Shown one piece after another: positions 27,175 to 39,229 of a DNA stretch of 64,000 nucleotides; the first letter of the stretch is position 1; each line of letters opens with the position of its first letter. Where the stretch lies: positions 1,536,001 to 1,600,000 of the forward strand of contig CAVRVY010000003.1 in the NCBI GenBank assembly GCA_963724765.1. The letters are read 5' to 3'. The notes beneath the pieces were generated by a model. That model was not told the DNA's origin. It searched no databases and saw only the letters and a list, made by a program, of their open reading frames with translations. Position numbers and translations under genes: made by a program. Source of the DNA: an uncultured delta proteobacterium. GTDB taxonomy: Bacteria > Desulfobacterota > Binatia > Binatales > Binataceae.

Positions 27175-29835
27175 TTACACCGTCGCGGGATTCGGCTTTT
27201 CCGGATCGATGTCGTACTTTTTGATCGCCGCATCGACCCTGGAAGCGGGAATCTGTTCTTCGTCGGCGAGCGAGCGGAGCGCCGCGACCGTGATGTAGTG
27301 CCGGTCGATCTCGAAGAAGCTGCGCAGGCGCGCGCGATAGTCACTGCGGCCGAAGCCGTCGGTGCCGAGCACGCGATATCGGCGCGGAACGTAGGGGCGA
27401 ATCTGATCGGCGAAGGTGCGTATATAGTCAGTCGCCGCCACCACCGGCCCGGGGCGATCGGCGAGGCAAGTCTCGACGTAGCTGCGCCGCTGGGGTTCCA
27501 TCGGATGCAGCATGTTCCAGCGCTCGACGTCGATTCCGTCGCGCCTGAGCTCGGTGAAGCTGGGCACGCTCCACACGTCGGCGGCGACGCCGAAATCGTT
27601 CCGAAGCAAATCAGCCGCGGCGATAGCTTCGCGCAGGATGGTTCCCGAGCCGAGCAACTGCACGCGCGGCCCTTTGCCGTTGGTGGCGCCGTTGGTCAAC
27701 GGATACATGCCCTTGAGAATACCTTCCTGCGCGCCCTCGGGCATCGCGGGATGGACATAATTCTCATTCATCAGAGTGATGTAGTAAAAGACGTCCTGTT
27801 GCTCCGCCAGCATGCGTCGCAGCCCATCGTGAATGATCACCGCAACCTCGTAGGCGAAGGTCGGATCGTAGGCAACGCAATTGGGAATGACCGAGGCCAG
27901 GACGTGACTGTGGCCGTCGGCATGCTGGAGGCCTTCGCCGTTGAGCGTGGTGCGGCCGGAAGTTCCTCCCAGCAAAAAGCCGCGGCACCGCGAGTCGCCC
28001 GCCGCCCATGCAAGGTCGCCGACGCGTTGAAATCCGAACATCGAATAAAAGATGTAGAAAGGGATCATCGGCAGGTTGTGAGTGCTGTATGAAGTGGCCG
28101 CGGCGATCCACGACGACATCGCGCCCGCCTCGTTGATTCCCTCCTGCAGGATTTGGCCGTGCTGATACTCGCGGTAAAACATGAGCTGGCCCGAGTCCTC
28201 GGGTTTGTAGAGCTGACCGACCTGCGAGAAGATCCCGAGCTGGCGGAACATCCCTTCCATGCCGAAGGTGCGCGACTCGTCGGGGACGATTGGCACGACG
28301 CGGTTGCCGATATTCTTGTCGCGCAGCAGGGCCGAAAGGATCCGCACGAACGCCATCGTGGTCGAGACCTCGCGATCGCCGGTACTCTTGAGCTGCGAGT
28401 CGAAGGCCGATAGCGGCGGCACCTCGAGCGGCTGCGAGGTGCGCCGGCGCTGTGGGAGGCTGCCGCTCAACGCCTTGCGGCGCTCACGCAGATACTGAAT
28501 TTCTACGCTGTCCTCGGCCGGCCGATACAACGGCACGTCGGCTATCTGGTCGTCCTGCACTGGAATCTTGAAGCGATCGCGAAAGGCCTTGAGCTCCTCC
28601 AGGCCCATCTTTTTTTGCTGATGGGTGATGTTCATGCCTTCGCCCGCGGCGCCCATTCCGTAACCCTTGATGGTTTTGGCGAGGATGACGGTGGGTTGAT
28701 TGCGATGGCTGACGGCGGCGGCGTAGGCGGCGTAGACCTTGAGCGGGTCGTGGCCGCCGCGGCGGAGCTGCCAGACTTCGTCGTCGGTCATGCCGGAGAC
28801 CATCTCTAGCAGTTCAGGATACTTGGCGAAGAACTCCTTGCGCACGTAAGCGCCATCGCGGGACTTGAAAGCCTGGTATTCGCCGTCGACGCATTCCTCC
28901 ATGCGCTTGCGCAGCAATCCGAGCTTGTCGCGCGCGAGCAAGGCGTCCCAGTTGCTGCCCCAGATGACCTTGATCACGTTCCATCCGGCGCCGCGGAAGT
29001 CGGCCTCGAGTTCCTGGATGATTTTGCCGTTACCGCGCACGGGGCCGTCTAGCCGTTGCAGGTTGCAGTTGATGACAAAGATCAGGTTGTCGAGCTTTTC
29101 GCGCGCGGCGAGCGAGATTGCGCCAAGCGATTCTGGCTCGTCCATCTCGCCGTCGCCCATGAAAGCCCACACCTTACGGTCACCCATCTCGCCTAGGCTG
29201 CGCCCCTCAAGATACTTCATGAAGCGCGCCTGGTAGATCGCCATGATCGGCCCGAGGCCCATCGACACGGTCGGGAACTGCCAGAAATCCGGCATCAGCC
29301 ATGGATGCGGATAGGACGGGAGTCCGTGGCCGTCGACTTCGCGCCGGAAGTTGAGCACCTGCTCCTCGGTCAGACGCCCCTCGACGAATGCGCGTGCGTA
29401 AATTCCCGGGGAAGAGTGGCCCTGAATATAGATAATGTCGCCGCCGTGGTTCTCTGACGGTGCGCGCCAGAAATGGCCGAAGCCGATATCGTACAGGGTC
29501 GCGGCGGACTGAAAGCTCGCGATATGACCGCCTCGCTCGGAGGAGTGCTGATTGGCGCGCACCACCATCGCGAGCGCGTTCCAGCGGATGATCGAGCTGA
29601 TGCGCCGCTCGATCTCGCGGTCGCCAGGGTAGTGCGGCTGGCGATCGGCGGGAATCGTGTTGAGGTACGGCGTATTGGCGTTATAGGGCAGATAGGTGCC
29701 GCGCAGGCGCGCCGTGGTGATCAGTTGTTCGAGCAGAAAATGGGCGCGGTCGACACCCTCGGCATCAATCACCGCCTCCAGGGAATCGAGCCATTCGCGG
29801 GTTTCCTCCGGATCCATGTCCCGAATCGTTTCCAT
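27175..29835 (-). CDS. aceE: Pyruvate dehydrogenase E1, homodimeric type
   Basis: DPEETREWLDSL, GGHIASF, GDGEMDEPES, EGLQHADG, GTDGFGRSD; 886 aa. Confidence 0.98.
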   Translation of the reverse strand: METIRDMDPEETREWLDSLEAVIDAEGVDRAHFLLEQLITTARLRGTYLPYNANTPYLNTIPADRQPHYPGDREIERRISSIIRWNALAMVVRANQHSSERGGHIASFQSAATLYDIGFGHFWRAPSENHGGDIIYIQGHSSPGIYARAFVEGRLTEEQVLNFRREVDGHGLPSYPHPWLMPDFWQFPTVSMGLGPIMAIYQARFMKYLEGRSLGEMGDRKVWAFMGDGEMDEPESLGAISLAAREKLDNLIFVINCNLQRLDGPVRGNGKIIQELEADFRGAGWNVIKVIWGSNWDALLARDKLGLLRKRMEECVDGEYQAFKSRDGAYVRKEFFAKYPELLEMVSGMTDDEVWQLRRGGHDPLKVYAAYAAAVSHRNQPTVILAKTIKGYGMGAAGEGMNITHQQKKMGLEELKAFRDRFKIPVQDDQIADVPLYRPAEDSVEIQYLRERRKALSGSLPQRRRTSQPLEVPPLSAFDSQLKSTGDREVSTTMAFVRILSALLRDKNIGNRVVPIVPDESRTFGMEGMFRQLGIFSQVGQLYKPEDSGQLMFYREYQHGQILQEGINEAGAMSSWIAAATSYSTHNLPMIPFYIFYSMFGFQRVGDLAWAAGDSRCRGFLLGGTSGRTTLNGEGLQHADGHSHVLASVIPNCVAYDPTFAYEVAVIIHDGLRRMLAEQQDVFYYITLMNENYVHPAMPEGAQEGILKGMYPLTNGATNGKGPRVQLLGSGTILREAIAAADLLRNDFGVAADVWSVPSFTELRRDGIDVERWNMLHPMEPQRRSYVETCLADRPGPVVAATDYIRTFADQIRPYVPRRYRVLGTDGFGRSDYRARLRSFFEIDRHYITVAALRSLADEEQIPASRVDAAIKKYDIDPEKPNPATV

Positions 29836-30231
29836 CAGACCGTCCCTGCTTTTTTCGCGATGGGTTTAACTTCGCTGCCGCCGCTTGGCGACACTTCGCC
29901 CATCAAGGTACATTTTGCGCCAACCGCGACGAAAGTGCATCAAGGGTCCGCATCTTTAGGACCGTTTGCCGGGGCACGAACGCGGGAGTGTGGGTTGCCG
30001 CTTCCGGAGATGCGGAGGCGACTGTCTGACTCAGAGATTGCATCGCGCTTACACGATTGTTTCGTGCCGTCGCCTTGAACACTTCGCCGTCAGGAAACCC
30101 GATCGATCGGCGGCGTCAGGTGGCCACCGGGGATGCGGTGCCATACTTCGCCAAGCGGGTCCCGTTCAAGGCCACAAAAAGACGATGACAAGATCCCGTG
30201 AGATGATGCGCGTGAAATCCGATTCAGCGGA

Positions 30232-31581
30232 TCACTGAACGATTTTCATAAGCCCTTCGGGGCTCGCGTACTGGCTCGCGTCGAGGTACTGCGGCTGACA
30301 GTTGGTATTATAGCAGGAGGTTTGGGTCAGACTTATCGAAGCGTGCTTGTCCACAAAATTTATCGACCATCCGGCCTGCGGTCCGTTCGTACCCAACATG
30401 GAGCCGCCGCTGGGAATAGTCATTGGCGTCCAGAATTGGGTGATAAATTTGAAGAGTGCACCCTGGGGGTCGTAGAGCTCGATCGCCAGCGGCAAAAACG
30501 TCTGCTTGTCTATATACAGAACCCTGCGGCTATAGCAGTAACCCTGGCTGTAGGCCGGGAGCCGGGACATGTCAACCACGTAGACGTCTCTTAGCTCCCA
30601 CTTGCCGAGGCTCGGCCTTGCCCACGGCAGAATTCCCTTGGCGGCCGGGTAATAGTAGTCACTCGGCAGTTGTGTCGACGCTCCGCACAGTTTGAGTGCG
30701 GCTGGTTCGGCATGGACCAGCGCGAGTATTCGCTTTTCCCCAAGATACTTTATCTCGAATCGTTGCGGCAGGCCCGGCGGTCCAAGCGCGGCATCTTCCC
30801 AGGTGAAATCGGAGTTCTGAAGCGGAGCGCACCGGGCCGCGTCCGAGGAGCGGATGGGCCTGCGGGCGCTCGGCAGGTAAGTGTAGATGTCGTCGAGCTT
30901 CGTGATGTCTTCGTAGGTAAGATCGAGCGAGGTGGTATATTTCCCCTGCTCAGGAGCGATCTGCTGGATGAATTTGGCGAAGTAGTAGTTGCCCTCCGTC
31001 GGGATAGTTGTGGGCATCGTCGGGTCGCTCAGATGAGTCAACTGGGAGAAAACGACATCCGCCTGTCCGCTGGCCGTAAAGTCGCCGTAAGAATCGTCCG
31101 AATAGTTACAAAAGATGGAACGCTGAAGACGGGGATTGTAGTGGTAGTACAGGTCATAAAAAATCGCATATGGCGCCAGCGCCGACTGGCTAAGCGGATT
31201 GGGAAAGGGTATGCCGGTCACGTATCCCTCCGGTATGTAACCAGCATCGGGAAGCTTCTTGAGGGTTACGCGGCTCGCGTTCTTTTCAGTATCGGCCAGG
31301 TAGGCTGGTGGAAGCGGCATAGATATAGTGGGCCCCACGTTCATCTGGACGTCGGCGGGCATTTTCCAGAAGTATTGGCCGTCGAAGAGCGCTTGCATGG
31401 CGGGCGGCATGAACTGCTTGTACTGCTGCCAGTTGGCGTAAGTGATTTCCGTACCCGGCTGTGGGAAGGCGGCGTTGGAGTGAGCCGCGTCGGCGGGATG
31501 TACCTCGCCGTGCAGCGTGAACAGCAGCGCAACGATAAATCCACCAATGGCCACTGCGTGCGAACGGATGCCTGGTCTCAT
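30232..31581 (-). CDS. DUF1329-like exported protein
   Basis: Signal peptide, ITYANWQQYKQFM, GIPFPNP, YTYLPSARRPIR, WELRDVYVV, YSRRVLYIDK. Confidence 0.75.
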   Translation of the reverse strand: MRPGIRSHAVAIGGFIVALLFTLHGEVHPADAAHSNAAFPQPGTEITYANWQQYKQFMPPAMQALFDGQYFWKMPADVQMNVGPTISMPLPPAYLADTEKNASRVTLKKLPDAGYIPEGYVTGIPFPNPLSQSALAPYAIFYDLYYHYNPRLQRSIFCNYSDDSYGDFTASGQADVVFSQLTHLSDPTMPTTIPTEGNYYFAKFIQQIAPEQGKYTTSLDLTYEDITKLDDIYTYLPSARRPIRSSDAARCAPLQNSDFTWEDAALGPPGLPQRFEIKYLGEKRILALVHAEPAALKLCGASTQLPSDYYYPAAKGILPWARPSLGKWELRDVYVVDMSRLPAYSQGYCYSRRVLYIDKQTFLPLAIELYDPQGALFKFITQFWTPMTIPSGGSMLGTNGPQAGWSINFVDKHASISLTQTSCYNTNCQPQYLDASQYASPEGLMKIVQ

Positions 31582-31809
31582 GCTTTGACCCTCGGATCGG
31601 GCTGGATTGTTTGACTCGCACAGAGCGAGCGCAGCATACAACCGGCCTCGCGCCGGCGTCAAAGCGCTTGCCAAGGCGGCATTTGCAGGTGTTGAATTCG
31701 GCCCGGAGGCGCGGACGATCGCTGCCCGTAAGCGCCGCGCAGGCAGAATTGATTGGGCCCTGCCCGATCAAGCGAAGTTCCGTGGAATATATGTGGTTAC
31801 CGGAACAAA

Positions 31810-33039
31810 ATGAGAATCGCGGCTAAGAGGGTTGCAGGGGCATCCGCCGCGCTGCTCGCCGCCGCGGTCGTTTTCGCGTGCGTCGGATGCGACACGGGAC
31901 GCACGGGGAGGCAGACGTCGCCGACGGCGCATACCGCGCCCGCCATCGCTGCGGCTCCTGTCGGCTACGCTTATATAACCAACAACGGCGAAGGGACGGT
32001 GTCCGAGTTCAGCCGGCAAGCCGACGGTAATCTCAACTTTCTGCGGACCGCGAGAGCCGGGGCCGCGAACGGTCCCACCGGAATCGCCATCGATCCATCC
32101 AGCCGCTTTCTCTACGTGGCTAACGAGGGCGACGGGCGAATCCATCAATTCCGCATCGAGCGCCAAACGGGCGACCTCGCGATGATCGGCGAAGGTGCGG
32201 TGGACGACGGATCCGCGAACCGTCCGCAACAGATCGCGATAAGTCCGCGCGGTGACTTTCTCTACGTTACCAATACCGGCAAGAGCGGCGACGCCAAAGA
32301 CGGGTCGATCGCGGAATACGCGATCGACAGCGCGAGCGGTGAGCTCAAGCCACTGGAGACATTTCGCGGCAGCGGTCTGCGGCAGCCACTGGGTATAGCG
32401 GTCACGCCCAACGGCAAATTCGTCTACGTTTCCGACAGTGCGGCCGGGACGCTAGTCGCATTCGCGGTCGAATCTTCTGGAAAGCTCAAGCTGGTGGCGA
32501 GCACACCGAGCCTTGGCGATAAGCCGGGACGGCCCGGGCTGGTCGCGATACATCCGTCAGGCAGCTTCGTTTACACCGTCGACCGTTCGCTGGGTAGCGT
32601 GGTCGTGGCCAAACCCGCCAAGGACGGCAGGCTCGATGTGACCAAGACCTATCATGTAGGCATTTCGAGCTCAGGACCGTTCAGTATCGCACTGGCCGCC
32701 ATGGGTCCGAACGTGTTCGTTTATACCGCCAACCTCGTGAGCGACACGGTCTCCTCCCTTGCCGTGAAGTCGGGCGCGCTGGAGCTTGTGGGCGAGTGCC
32801 CGACGGGGCTGGGGTATCCGATGGGGATGGTGGCTGATCCAGGAGGACGTGAGCTGTACGTGGTCAACCGTGACGCCTCGACCGTGGCGCGGTTCGCAAT
32901 CGGCGAGACCAACGGCGTTACGCTGATTCCGGCCGCATCGATCTTCACGGAAGCCTCGCCCAACGAGCGGAGCCATCCGCTCTACATTGCGACGACTCGT
33001 TGGGACGCTCCGGCCCCAGTGACGCAGACCCGGAGATAG
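31810..33039 (+). CDS. Lactonase-family beta-propeller lipoprotein
   Basis: Repeated P-x-GIA-x-x-P-x-G-x-FLYV-x-N blades; lipobox-like VFACVGC. Confidence 0.8.
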   Translation: MRIAAKRVAGASAALLAAAVVFACVGCDTGRTGRQTSPTAHTAPAIAAAPVGYAYITNNGEGTVSEFSRQADGNLNFLRTARAGAANGPTGIAIDPSSRFLYVANEGDGRIHQFRIERQTGDLAMIGEGAVDDGSANRPQQIAISPRGDFLYVTNTGKSGDAKDGSIAEYAIDSASGELKPLETFRGSGLRQPLGIAVTPNGKFVYVSDSAAGTLVAFAVESSGKLKLVASTPSLGDKPGRPGLVAIHPSGSFVYTVDRSLGSVVVAKPAKDGRLDVTKTYHVGISSSGPFSIALAAMGPNVFVYTANLVSDTVSSLAVKSGALELVGECPTGLGYPMGMVADPGGRELYVVNRDASTVARFAIGETNGVTLIPAASIFTEASPNERSHPLYIATTRWDAPAPVTQTRR

Positions 33040-33050
33040 CCGGCGAACTG

Positions 33051-33067
33051 ACCCGCAATCTGCGGGT
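33051..33067. terminator. Hairpin between convergent genes
   Basis: ACCCGCA-ATC-TGCGGGT followed by a short T run. Confidence 0.45.
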
Positions 33068-33087
33068 TTGATGAAGAATCCGCGGCC

Positions 33088-34272
33088 CTACCCGCGAGGG
33101 CCTTTCAGCTCGATCGGCGGATAGTAAGGCCGGTCCCCGAGAGCATCGACGGCGCGGAAGAATTCCGGGCCGGATGCGCTTCCGTCCTCTTCGAGCTGCA
33201 TCGTCTGACGCAGATAATTCCAGCGCTCGGGGCACAGACGCCGGGTTTCCTGAAAGTAGCGCTTGGCAGCTTCAATATGTCCCTGATGATGGAGATACTG
33301 TCCGATTCGGAAATTGGCCGTGGCCAGCGGATCGACGTTCACGGGCGCATTGATCCGCCGGCGCAGCTCCTCGGCCGAGAGCGCGTATTCGCTCTGGTCA
33401 CCCTTGGCGACCCAGTCGCGGATGGCGTCCACGTAGGCGTTCCGGACGGCTCTCGTCCGCTCGGTCGCGTCTTTTTTCATCTGGAAGGTCGAGCGATCCA
33501 TCGAACGGAATCCATCACTGCTGCCGGCGGGCTCCGCGGGGCGCACAATATTTCCCCGCTCGTCGATCCACACGGCCATCGGGACGTTAGCCATGTTGTA
33601 GAGTTCGGCGACCACGTGGCGCTCGTCGATCAGATTCGGATAAGTGGGAGCCGCCGCGCGATCGCACAGCATCGCGTCCCATCCCATGATTTCCTGAAAC
33701 AGCGGTTCGATCCGCACCGGTTCCGCCGGTTTGATGAAATCGCGCACCGCGGCAGTTCCACCGCTATCGAACGCCACCGACACGATCACGAAGTTGCGGT
33801 CTTTCAGTTCGTTGTAGATCGCCTGCCAGACTGGCAGGTCAAAGCGGCATCCTCACCAGCTTGCCCATGAAAGCAGAAGAACCTTGCGGCCCCTGTAGTC
33901 CGAAAGCGAATGAAGGTTGCCGTCGATATCGGGCAGGGTGAAGTCCGGCGCCTTGAGCGAACCAAGGGCGTTGCGCCGGGTAGCCGCCGACTCACCAAAA
34001 AACCAAAGCGCATGCGAGTCGTTGTGAACGACCGGCTGGCCGAGTTGGCGCGCCAGAGCGGCCAGGTTGACGAGGTCGCCGCCGCGCAAAAACTGGTCAC
34101 GTCGCGCAGCCGGGATGGGTACGCAGCGTTCGTCGCGACACAGGCCCTGCGGTTTGAGCTCCCAGCCCGTGGCCGCCTGCAACTCGCCGATCGGCATCCA
34201 GAGATCGTCCCCCTGGGCCTGGCCGTTCTGGACGGTCGCGGCGCGGTCTTCATAGATTATAGTCACTGCCAT
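33088..34272 (-). CDS. Selenoprotein: UGC-motif peroxiredoxin/TlpA-like thiol reductase with a TPR-like C-terminus (394 aa, Sec at 33853-33855)
   Basis: ORFs 33853-34380 and 33088-33789 share a frame and are separated only by one TGA: APDFTLPD...WASW-TGA-GCRFDLPVWQ. GGAGG RBS before ATG 34272. Confidence 0.88.
33822..33838 (-). promoter_or_regulatory. Bacterial SECIS-like hairpin
   Basis: Minus strand CCTGCCA-GTC-TGGCAGG: a perfect 7-bp stem whose loop starts GU, with the G 22 nt after the UGA. Confidence 0.8.
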
Positions 34273-34880
34273 CGGCGGTCCCTCCGGTGCGAGCAACGGA
34301 AATCTCTTGAGCGTCACGCTCACCTGATGCGTGACGCGGTGCATGCTGAACATCCACACTCCGGCACCATTTTCCAGCAATCGAAGTTCAAAATAAAGGA
34401 AATTCTCGATGACGGCACATTTGGTGGCGGTCGGTTTTCACGGCGATTCAAACCGTAACCGAGAGTCGTGCTTTAACGTCTTATAAGGAATAAATTGTCA
34501 CGAGGAGCACGCCCGATCGTGCGAGGTGAAGCTCCAACTGATAAAAACGAAGGAAATGATGGATTCAAGCGCTCCGCAGGGGAGAGGCGAAGGATTTCTA
34601 CCTCCCACCCAGGGGGACTGTCCAAGCGGTGCGTCTGCGCAGAGGGAACGTGACGGCGCCCTGCTGGTCGAAATCGCCCCGCGTATCTACCAGCGGCACA
34701 GGCCCAGGCGGAAGAGCAGTTGGTGAAAGACCCGGCCACGATGGGAGTACTGTTAGCGACTCCCGGCCAGCGCTGATCCCTTGAATTACCGCCTACGGAG
34801 CCTTCAGATTCTGGAAGCTTATCAATATACAACGCCCTAATCTCACGAGAGCACATTTGCAAGGCGCTGAAACACCAATT

Positions 34881-36122
34881 ATGGACAACAAGCCGGCAGT
34901 CAAGACGCGGTCGCCCTCGTATTTCACTGCAGTCGAGACCGGTCATACACGGACCATCAACGGTATCCATCGCTGGTGGCTGTGGCTGGTAGCGCTCGGG
35001 GTAGTCGGCGTCGGGCTGTACGTTTGGACCGCGCGCAGTTCGAGCAAGGGCCCACCCATCGTGCCCTCCGTCCCGGTCTCGGCAATTCTGGCAAAACAGG
35101 GCGATTTGAATATCTACCTGAGTCAAATCGGGACTGTCACGCCATTTGCCACGGTAACCGTGGTAAGCCGGGTGTCCGGCCAGATTCTGAAGATCGATTT
35201 CAAAGAGGGGCAAATAGTTGAACCCGGTCAACTGTTGTTCGATATCGATTCGCGTCCGTACCAGGCGCAACTGGTCCAGTACGAGGGACAGTTGGCTCGC
35301 GACGCGGCCACGTTGGCCAACGCCAAGATTACCTTGGCGCGTTATCGCCTTTTGCTCCAGCAGGGAGTGATCGCCCGCCAGGATCTCGACAACCAGCAAG
35401 CGCTTTACGACCAGGCGCGCGGCTCGATCGAAAACGATAAAGGGTTGATTGACGCGGTCAAGGTTAACTTGGGGTACTGTCGAGTGGTCTCTCCAATCAA
35501 GGGCCGTATCGGTTTGCGGCAGGTCGATTTGGGCAACTACGTGCAAGCGTCGAATGCGCTCGTGGTAATCACCCAATTGCAGCCGATCTCGGTGATCTTC
35601 AGCGTCCCGGAAGACGACATTCAGGAAGTTACCAAGGACATGAGCGGCGGCCAGGTGGCGGTCCAGGCCTGGAATCGCGATTTTAGCAAGCAACTTGCGA
35701 GCGGGTTTCTTCTGACCCTGGATAACGAAATCGACCAGACGACCGGCACGCTTAAGCTGCGGGCACAGTTTGCCAATGACGACTTGGCCCTTTTTCCGAA
35801 CGAATTCGTCAATGCCAGGTTGCTAGTCGAAACGCTGCACAACACGGTGCTGGTATCGACCGCTGCCGTCCAACGGACCCAGCAGAGCGACTACGTTTAT
35901 GTGGTTCAGTCCGACAAGACCGTCGTGCGCCGTTCGGTCGTGGCAAGCGCGACCCAAGGCGATCTCACGGCGATCGGAAAAGGGCTACAAACTGGTGAGA
36001 TCGTGGTGACCGACGGGCTGGATAAGCTGCAACCGGGCAGCAAAGTCGCCGTCCGGATGGAATCGGGCGCCGCGGCGGCATCGGCGGCAAATAGTCCGTC
36101 ACAAAACCTGGCTGGCCAATGA
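34881..36122 (+). CDS. mdtA: RND efflux periplasmic adaptor, MdtA-like
   Basis: N-terminal [42 protein letters not shown]. Confidence 0.9.
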   Translation: MDNKPAVKTRSPSYFTAVETGHTRTINGIHRWWLWLVALGVVGVGLYVWTARSSSKGPPIVPSVPVSAILAKQGDLNIYLSQIGTVTPFATVTVVSRVSGQILKIDFKEGQIVEPGQLLFDIDSRPYQAQLVQYEGQLARDAATLANAKITLARYRLLLQQGVIARQDLDNQQALYDQARGSIENDKGLIDAVKVNLGYCRVVSPIKGRIGLRQVDLGNYVQASNALVVITQLQPISVIFSVPEDDIQEVTKDMSGGQVAVQAWNRDFSKQLASGFLLTLDNEIDQTTGTLKLRAQFANDDLALFPNEFVNARLLVETLHNTVLVSTAAVQRTQQSDYVYVVQSDKTVVRRSVVASATQGDLTAIGKGLQTGEIVVTDGLDKLQPGSKVAVRMESGAAAASAANSPSQNLAGQ

Positions 36123-39100
36123 GCCTATCGCGGCCATTCATCCTTCGACCGATAGCAACCTCGCTGCTGATGGCGGCCATCCTACTTGCAGGAGGGTTTG
36201 CGTACAAGCAGTTACCGGTCTCGGCGTTACCCGAAGTCGACTATCCCACCATTCAGGTCATGACGTTTTATCCCGGCGCCAGCCCCGACGTGATGGCGTC
36301 GTCGGTAACGGCACCCCTCGAACGACAGTTCGGCGAAGTGCCGGGTCTCAACCAGATGACCTCCAATAGTTCGTTTGGCAGCTCCGTCATCACCTTACAG
36401 TTCGATTTGAACCTTGACATCGACGTGGCCGAGCAGGAAGTGCAGGAGGCTATCAACGCAGCGGCCACCTACTTGCCTACCAATCTGCCGACTCCGCCAA
36501 TTTACAGCAAAATTAACCCCGCCGATGCGCCGATTCTCACTCTTGGGCTGACGTCGACCGAGCTCCCCTTGGATCAGGTGGAGGATTTGGCCGACACTCG
36601 CCTGTCGGAGAGGATTTCTCAGGTTCCGGGCGTGGGATTGGTAACCATCAGTGGCGGACAGAAGCCCTCGGTGCGCATCCAGGTCAATCCGCTCCAGCTT
36701 GCCGCTTATGGCTTAACCCTGGAGGAACTCCGCAGCGCGGTTGCGGCCTCGAACGTCGACGAGGCCAAGGGCAACTTCGATGGCCTGAACCTGGACTATA
36801 CCATCGAGGACAACGATCAATTACTCACGGCCCGGGCCTATCTGCCACAAATAATAGCCTATCATAACGGCGCCCCGGTGCGGTTGTCAGACGTCGCCAA
36901 GGTGGTTGCCGAGCCGGAAAACGTCAAGCAAGCGGCCTGGATGAACAACGAGCCCGCCGTGATTCTGAACGTGCAGCGCCAGCCGGGGGCGAATATCATC
37001 ACGGTGGTGGATCAGATCAAGGGGCTGCTGCCCTCGCTCCAGAGCACGCTGCCCACGTCGGTCAAGGTTGCGGTGCTGACGGATCGCACGGTCACCATCC
37101 GGGCCTCGGTGCAAGACGTTGAGTTCGAGTTGATGCTGACCGTGGCCCTGGTCGTGATGGTGATATTCCTATTCCTGCGCAGCCTTGCGGCAACGGTTAT
37201 TCCCAGTGTCGCGGTGCCGCTCTCATTGGTGGGCACTTTTGGGGTGATGTATCTGCTCGGCTACAGCCTGAACAATCTCACCCTGATGGGACTGACCATT
37301 TCCACCGGTTTCGTGGTTGACGACGCGATCGTGATGATCGAGAACATCGGCCGCTTTATCGAGGAAGGCGAGTCGCCGCTGCAGGGAGCGCTCAAAGGGG
37401 CCAAGCAGATTGGGTTCACGATATTGTCGCTGACGGTATCGTTAATCGCTGTGCTGATTCCGCTGCTTTTTATGGGAGATATCGTCGGCCGGCTGTTTCG
37501 GCAGTTCGCAATCACCCTCGCAGTGACTATCCTGGTGTCCGCCGTCGTATCACTCACCCTCACACCGATGATGTGCGCCAAGCTGCTGCACAACACGAAG
37601 GAGGAGGAGAAGAGCCGCTTTCACAAGGCCTCCGAGCGGGTGTTTGAGCGCAGTATCGATCTGTACGGCCGGACTCTGCAATGGGTGCTGCGGCATCAAC
37701 CGGCGACGTTACTGGTGGCGATCGGAACGCTGGTGCTGACCGTGCTGCTGTACTGGTACGTGCCCAAGGGCTTTTTTCCGATCGAAGACACCGGGGTGGT
37801 CCAGGGGGTGTCGGAGGCGCCCCAGAACATCTCGTTCTCCGCGATGGCGCGCAGGCAGCAGGCATTGGTGAAAGTGATTCTCCAGGACCCGGCGGTGGAA
37901 AGCCTTTCCTCGTTCATCGGCATCGACGGGACGAACACCACGGTCAACAGCGGACGAATCCTGATCAATCTGAAGCCGCTCGCCGAGCGCAAGGCCGATG
38001 TCGAACAGATTATCGCCCGCCTGCAACCCAAGTTGGCGCAGGTCGGAGGAATTACTCTTTATTTACAGCCGGTCCAGGATCTCACGGTGGATGATCGGAT
38101 CAGCCGAACTCAGTATCAATATACCCTCGAGGATCCGAGTTCCGAAGAACTGAGTTTTTGGACCAACAAGCTGCTCGAGAAGCTCAAGACCATCGCGGCG
38201 CTGCAAGACATCGCAACCGATCAGCAGAACCAAGGGCTCGGAGCCCATCTGGTGATCGATCGCGATACCGCGTCACGATTGGGGGTTACCACGTCCACGA
38301 TAGACAATACGCTCTATGACGCTTTTGGCCAGCGCCAGATCTCGACCATGTTCACCCAGCTTAACCAGTATCATGTGGTGATGGAGGTGGACCCCAAGTT
38401 CCAGCGCAATCCAAAGGCTCTACAGAGCATCTATGTCAGCTCGGCAACTGGCGGTCAGGTACCGATCAGCGCCTTTACGCATTACGAGCCGAACACGACG
38501 CCGCTGATCGTCAATCATCAGGGCCAATTTCCCTGCGTTACCATCTCCTTCAACCTGGCCTCCGGCTACTCGCTGGGCGAAGCGGTCGATGCGATCAACC
38601 AGGCGCAACGGGAAATCGGAATGCCAATCAGCGTACAAGGGGCCTTCCAAGGTACCGCCGCTGCATTCGGCGCATCGCTGGCCAATGAACCGCTACTGAT
38701 CCTGGCCGCCGTGATTACAGTCTACATCGTGCTGGGAGTGCTGTACGAAAGTTACATTCATCCGATCACGATTCTTTCGACCCTGCCCTCCGCGGGAGTG
38801 GGCGCGATCCTGGCGCTGATGATCTGCCGGATGGATCTCAATGTGGTTGCGCTCATTGGCATCATCCTGTTGATCGGCATCGTCAAAAAAAATGCCATCA
38901 TGATGATTGACTTTGCCCTGGAGGCACAGCGTGAGGGTGGCAAGAGCGCCGACGACGCTATCTACCAGGCCTGCCTACTGCGGTTTCGGCCGATCATGAT
39001 GACTACAATGGCGGCTTTGCTGGGGAGCCTGCCCTTAGCGCTGGGCTCCGGCACCGGCTCCGAGTTGCGCCGGCCTCTGGGAGTGGCGATCGTGGGTGGC

Positions 39101-39229
39101 TTGCTAGTCAGCCAATTGCTCACGCTTTACACCACTCCGGTGATCTTTCTTTATTTCGAGCGCCTCGCCCCGGGCTCGGGTAAGCAGCGCGATCTGGAGG
39201 ACGCCGAGCTTGCAGCTATGAGCTCATGA
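36119..39229 (+). CDS. mdtB: RND efflux permease MdtB
   Basis: [57 protein letters not shown]. Confidence 0.93.
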   Translation: MSLSRPFILRPIATSLLMAAILLAGGFAYKQLPVSALPEVDYPTIQVMTFYPGASPDVMASSVTAPLERQFGEVPGLNQMTSNSSFGSSVITLQFDLNLDIDVAEQEVQEAINAAATYLPTNLPTPPIYSKINPADAPILTLGLTSTELPLDQVEDLADTRLSERISQVPGVGLVTISGGQKPSVRIQVNPLQLAAYGLTLEELRSAVAASNVDEAKGNFDGLNLDYTIEDNDQLLTARAYLPQIIAYHNGAPVRLSDVAKVVAEPENVKQAAWMNNEPAVILNVQRQPGANIITVVDQIKGLLPSLQSTLPTSVKVAVLTDRTVTIRASVQDVEFELMLTVALVVMVIFLFLRSLAATVIPSVAVPLSLVGTFGVMYLLGYSLNNLTLMGLTISTGFVVDDAIVMIENIGRFIEEGESPLQGALKGAKQIGFTILSLTVSLIAVLIPLLFMGDIVGRLFRQFAITLAVTILVSAVVSLTLTPMMCAKLLHNTKEEEKSRFHKASERVFERSIDLYGRTLQWVLRHQPATLLVAIGTLVLTVLLYWYVPKGFFPIEDTGVVQGVSEAPQNISFSAMARRQQALVKVILQDPAVESLSSFIGIDGTNTTVNSGRILINLKPLAERKADVEQIIARLQPKLAQVGGITLYLQPVQDLTVDDRISRTQYQYTLEDPSSEELSFWTNKLLEKLKTIAALQDIATDQQNQGLGAHLVIDRDTASRLGVTTSTIDNTLYDAFGQRQISTMFTQLNQYHVVMEVDPKFQRNPKALQSIYVSSATGGQVPISAFTHYEPNTTPLIVNHQGQFPCVTISFNLASGYSLGEAVDAINQAQREIGMPISVQGAFQGTAAAFGASLANEPLLILAAVITVYIVLGVLYESYIHPITILSTLPSAGVGAILALMICRMDLNVVALIGIILLIGIVKKNAIMMIDFALEAQREGGKSADDAIYQACLLRFRPIMMTTMAALLGSLPLALGSGTGSELRRPLGVAIVGGLLVSQLLTLYTTPVIFLYFERLAPGSGKQRDLEDAELAAMSS

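Noticed and set aside
26728-28092. Long antisense ORFs (also 5806-7143, 11382-12533, 34473-35693)
   Set aside because: These are shadow frames of high-GC genes with no motifs of their own.
25764-29835. Missing lpdA after aceEF as an anomaly
   Set aside because: E3 is commonly encoded elsewhere and shared between complexes.
33088-34380. Two separate genes or a nonsense pseudogene
   Set aside because: The TGA sits at the catalytic Cys position and is followed by a SECIS-like stem, so recoding explains it better.
34519-34540. GTGCG...GGTGAAG as a group II intron 5' end or FMN riboswitch
   Set aside because: The match is too short, with no RT ORF, domain V or riboswitch core.
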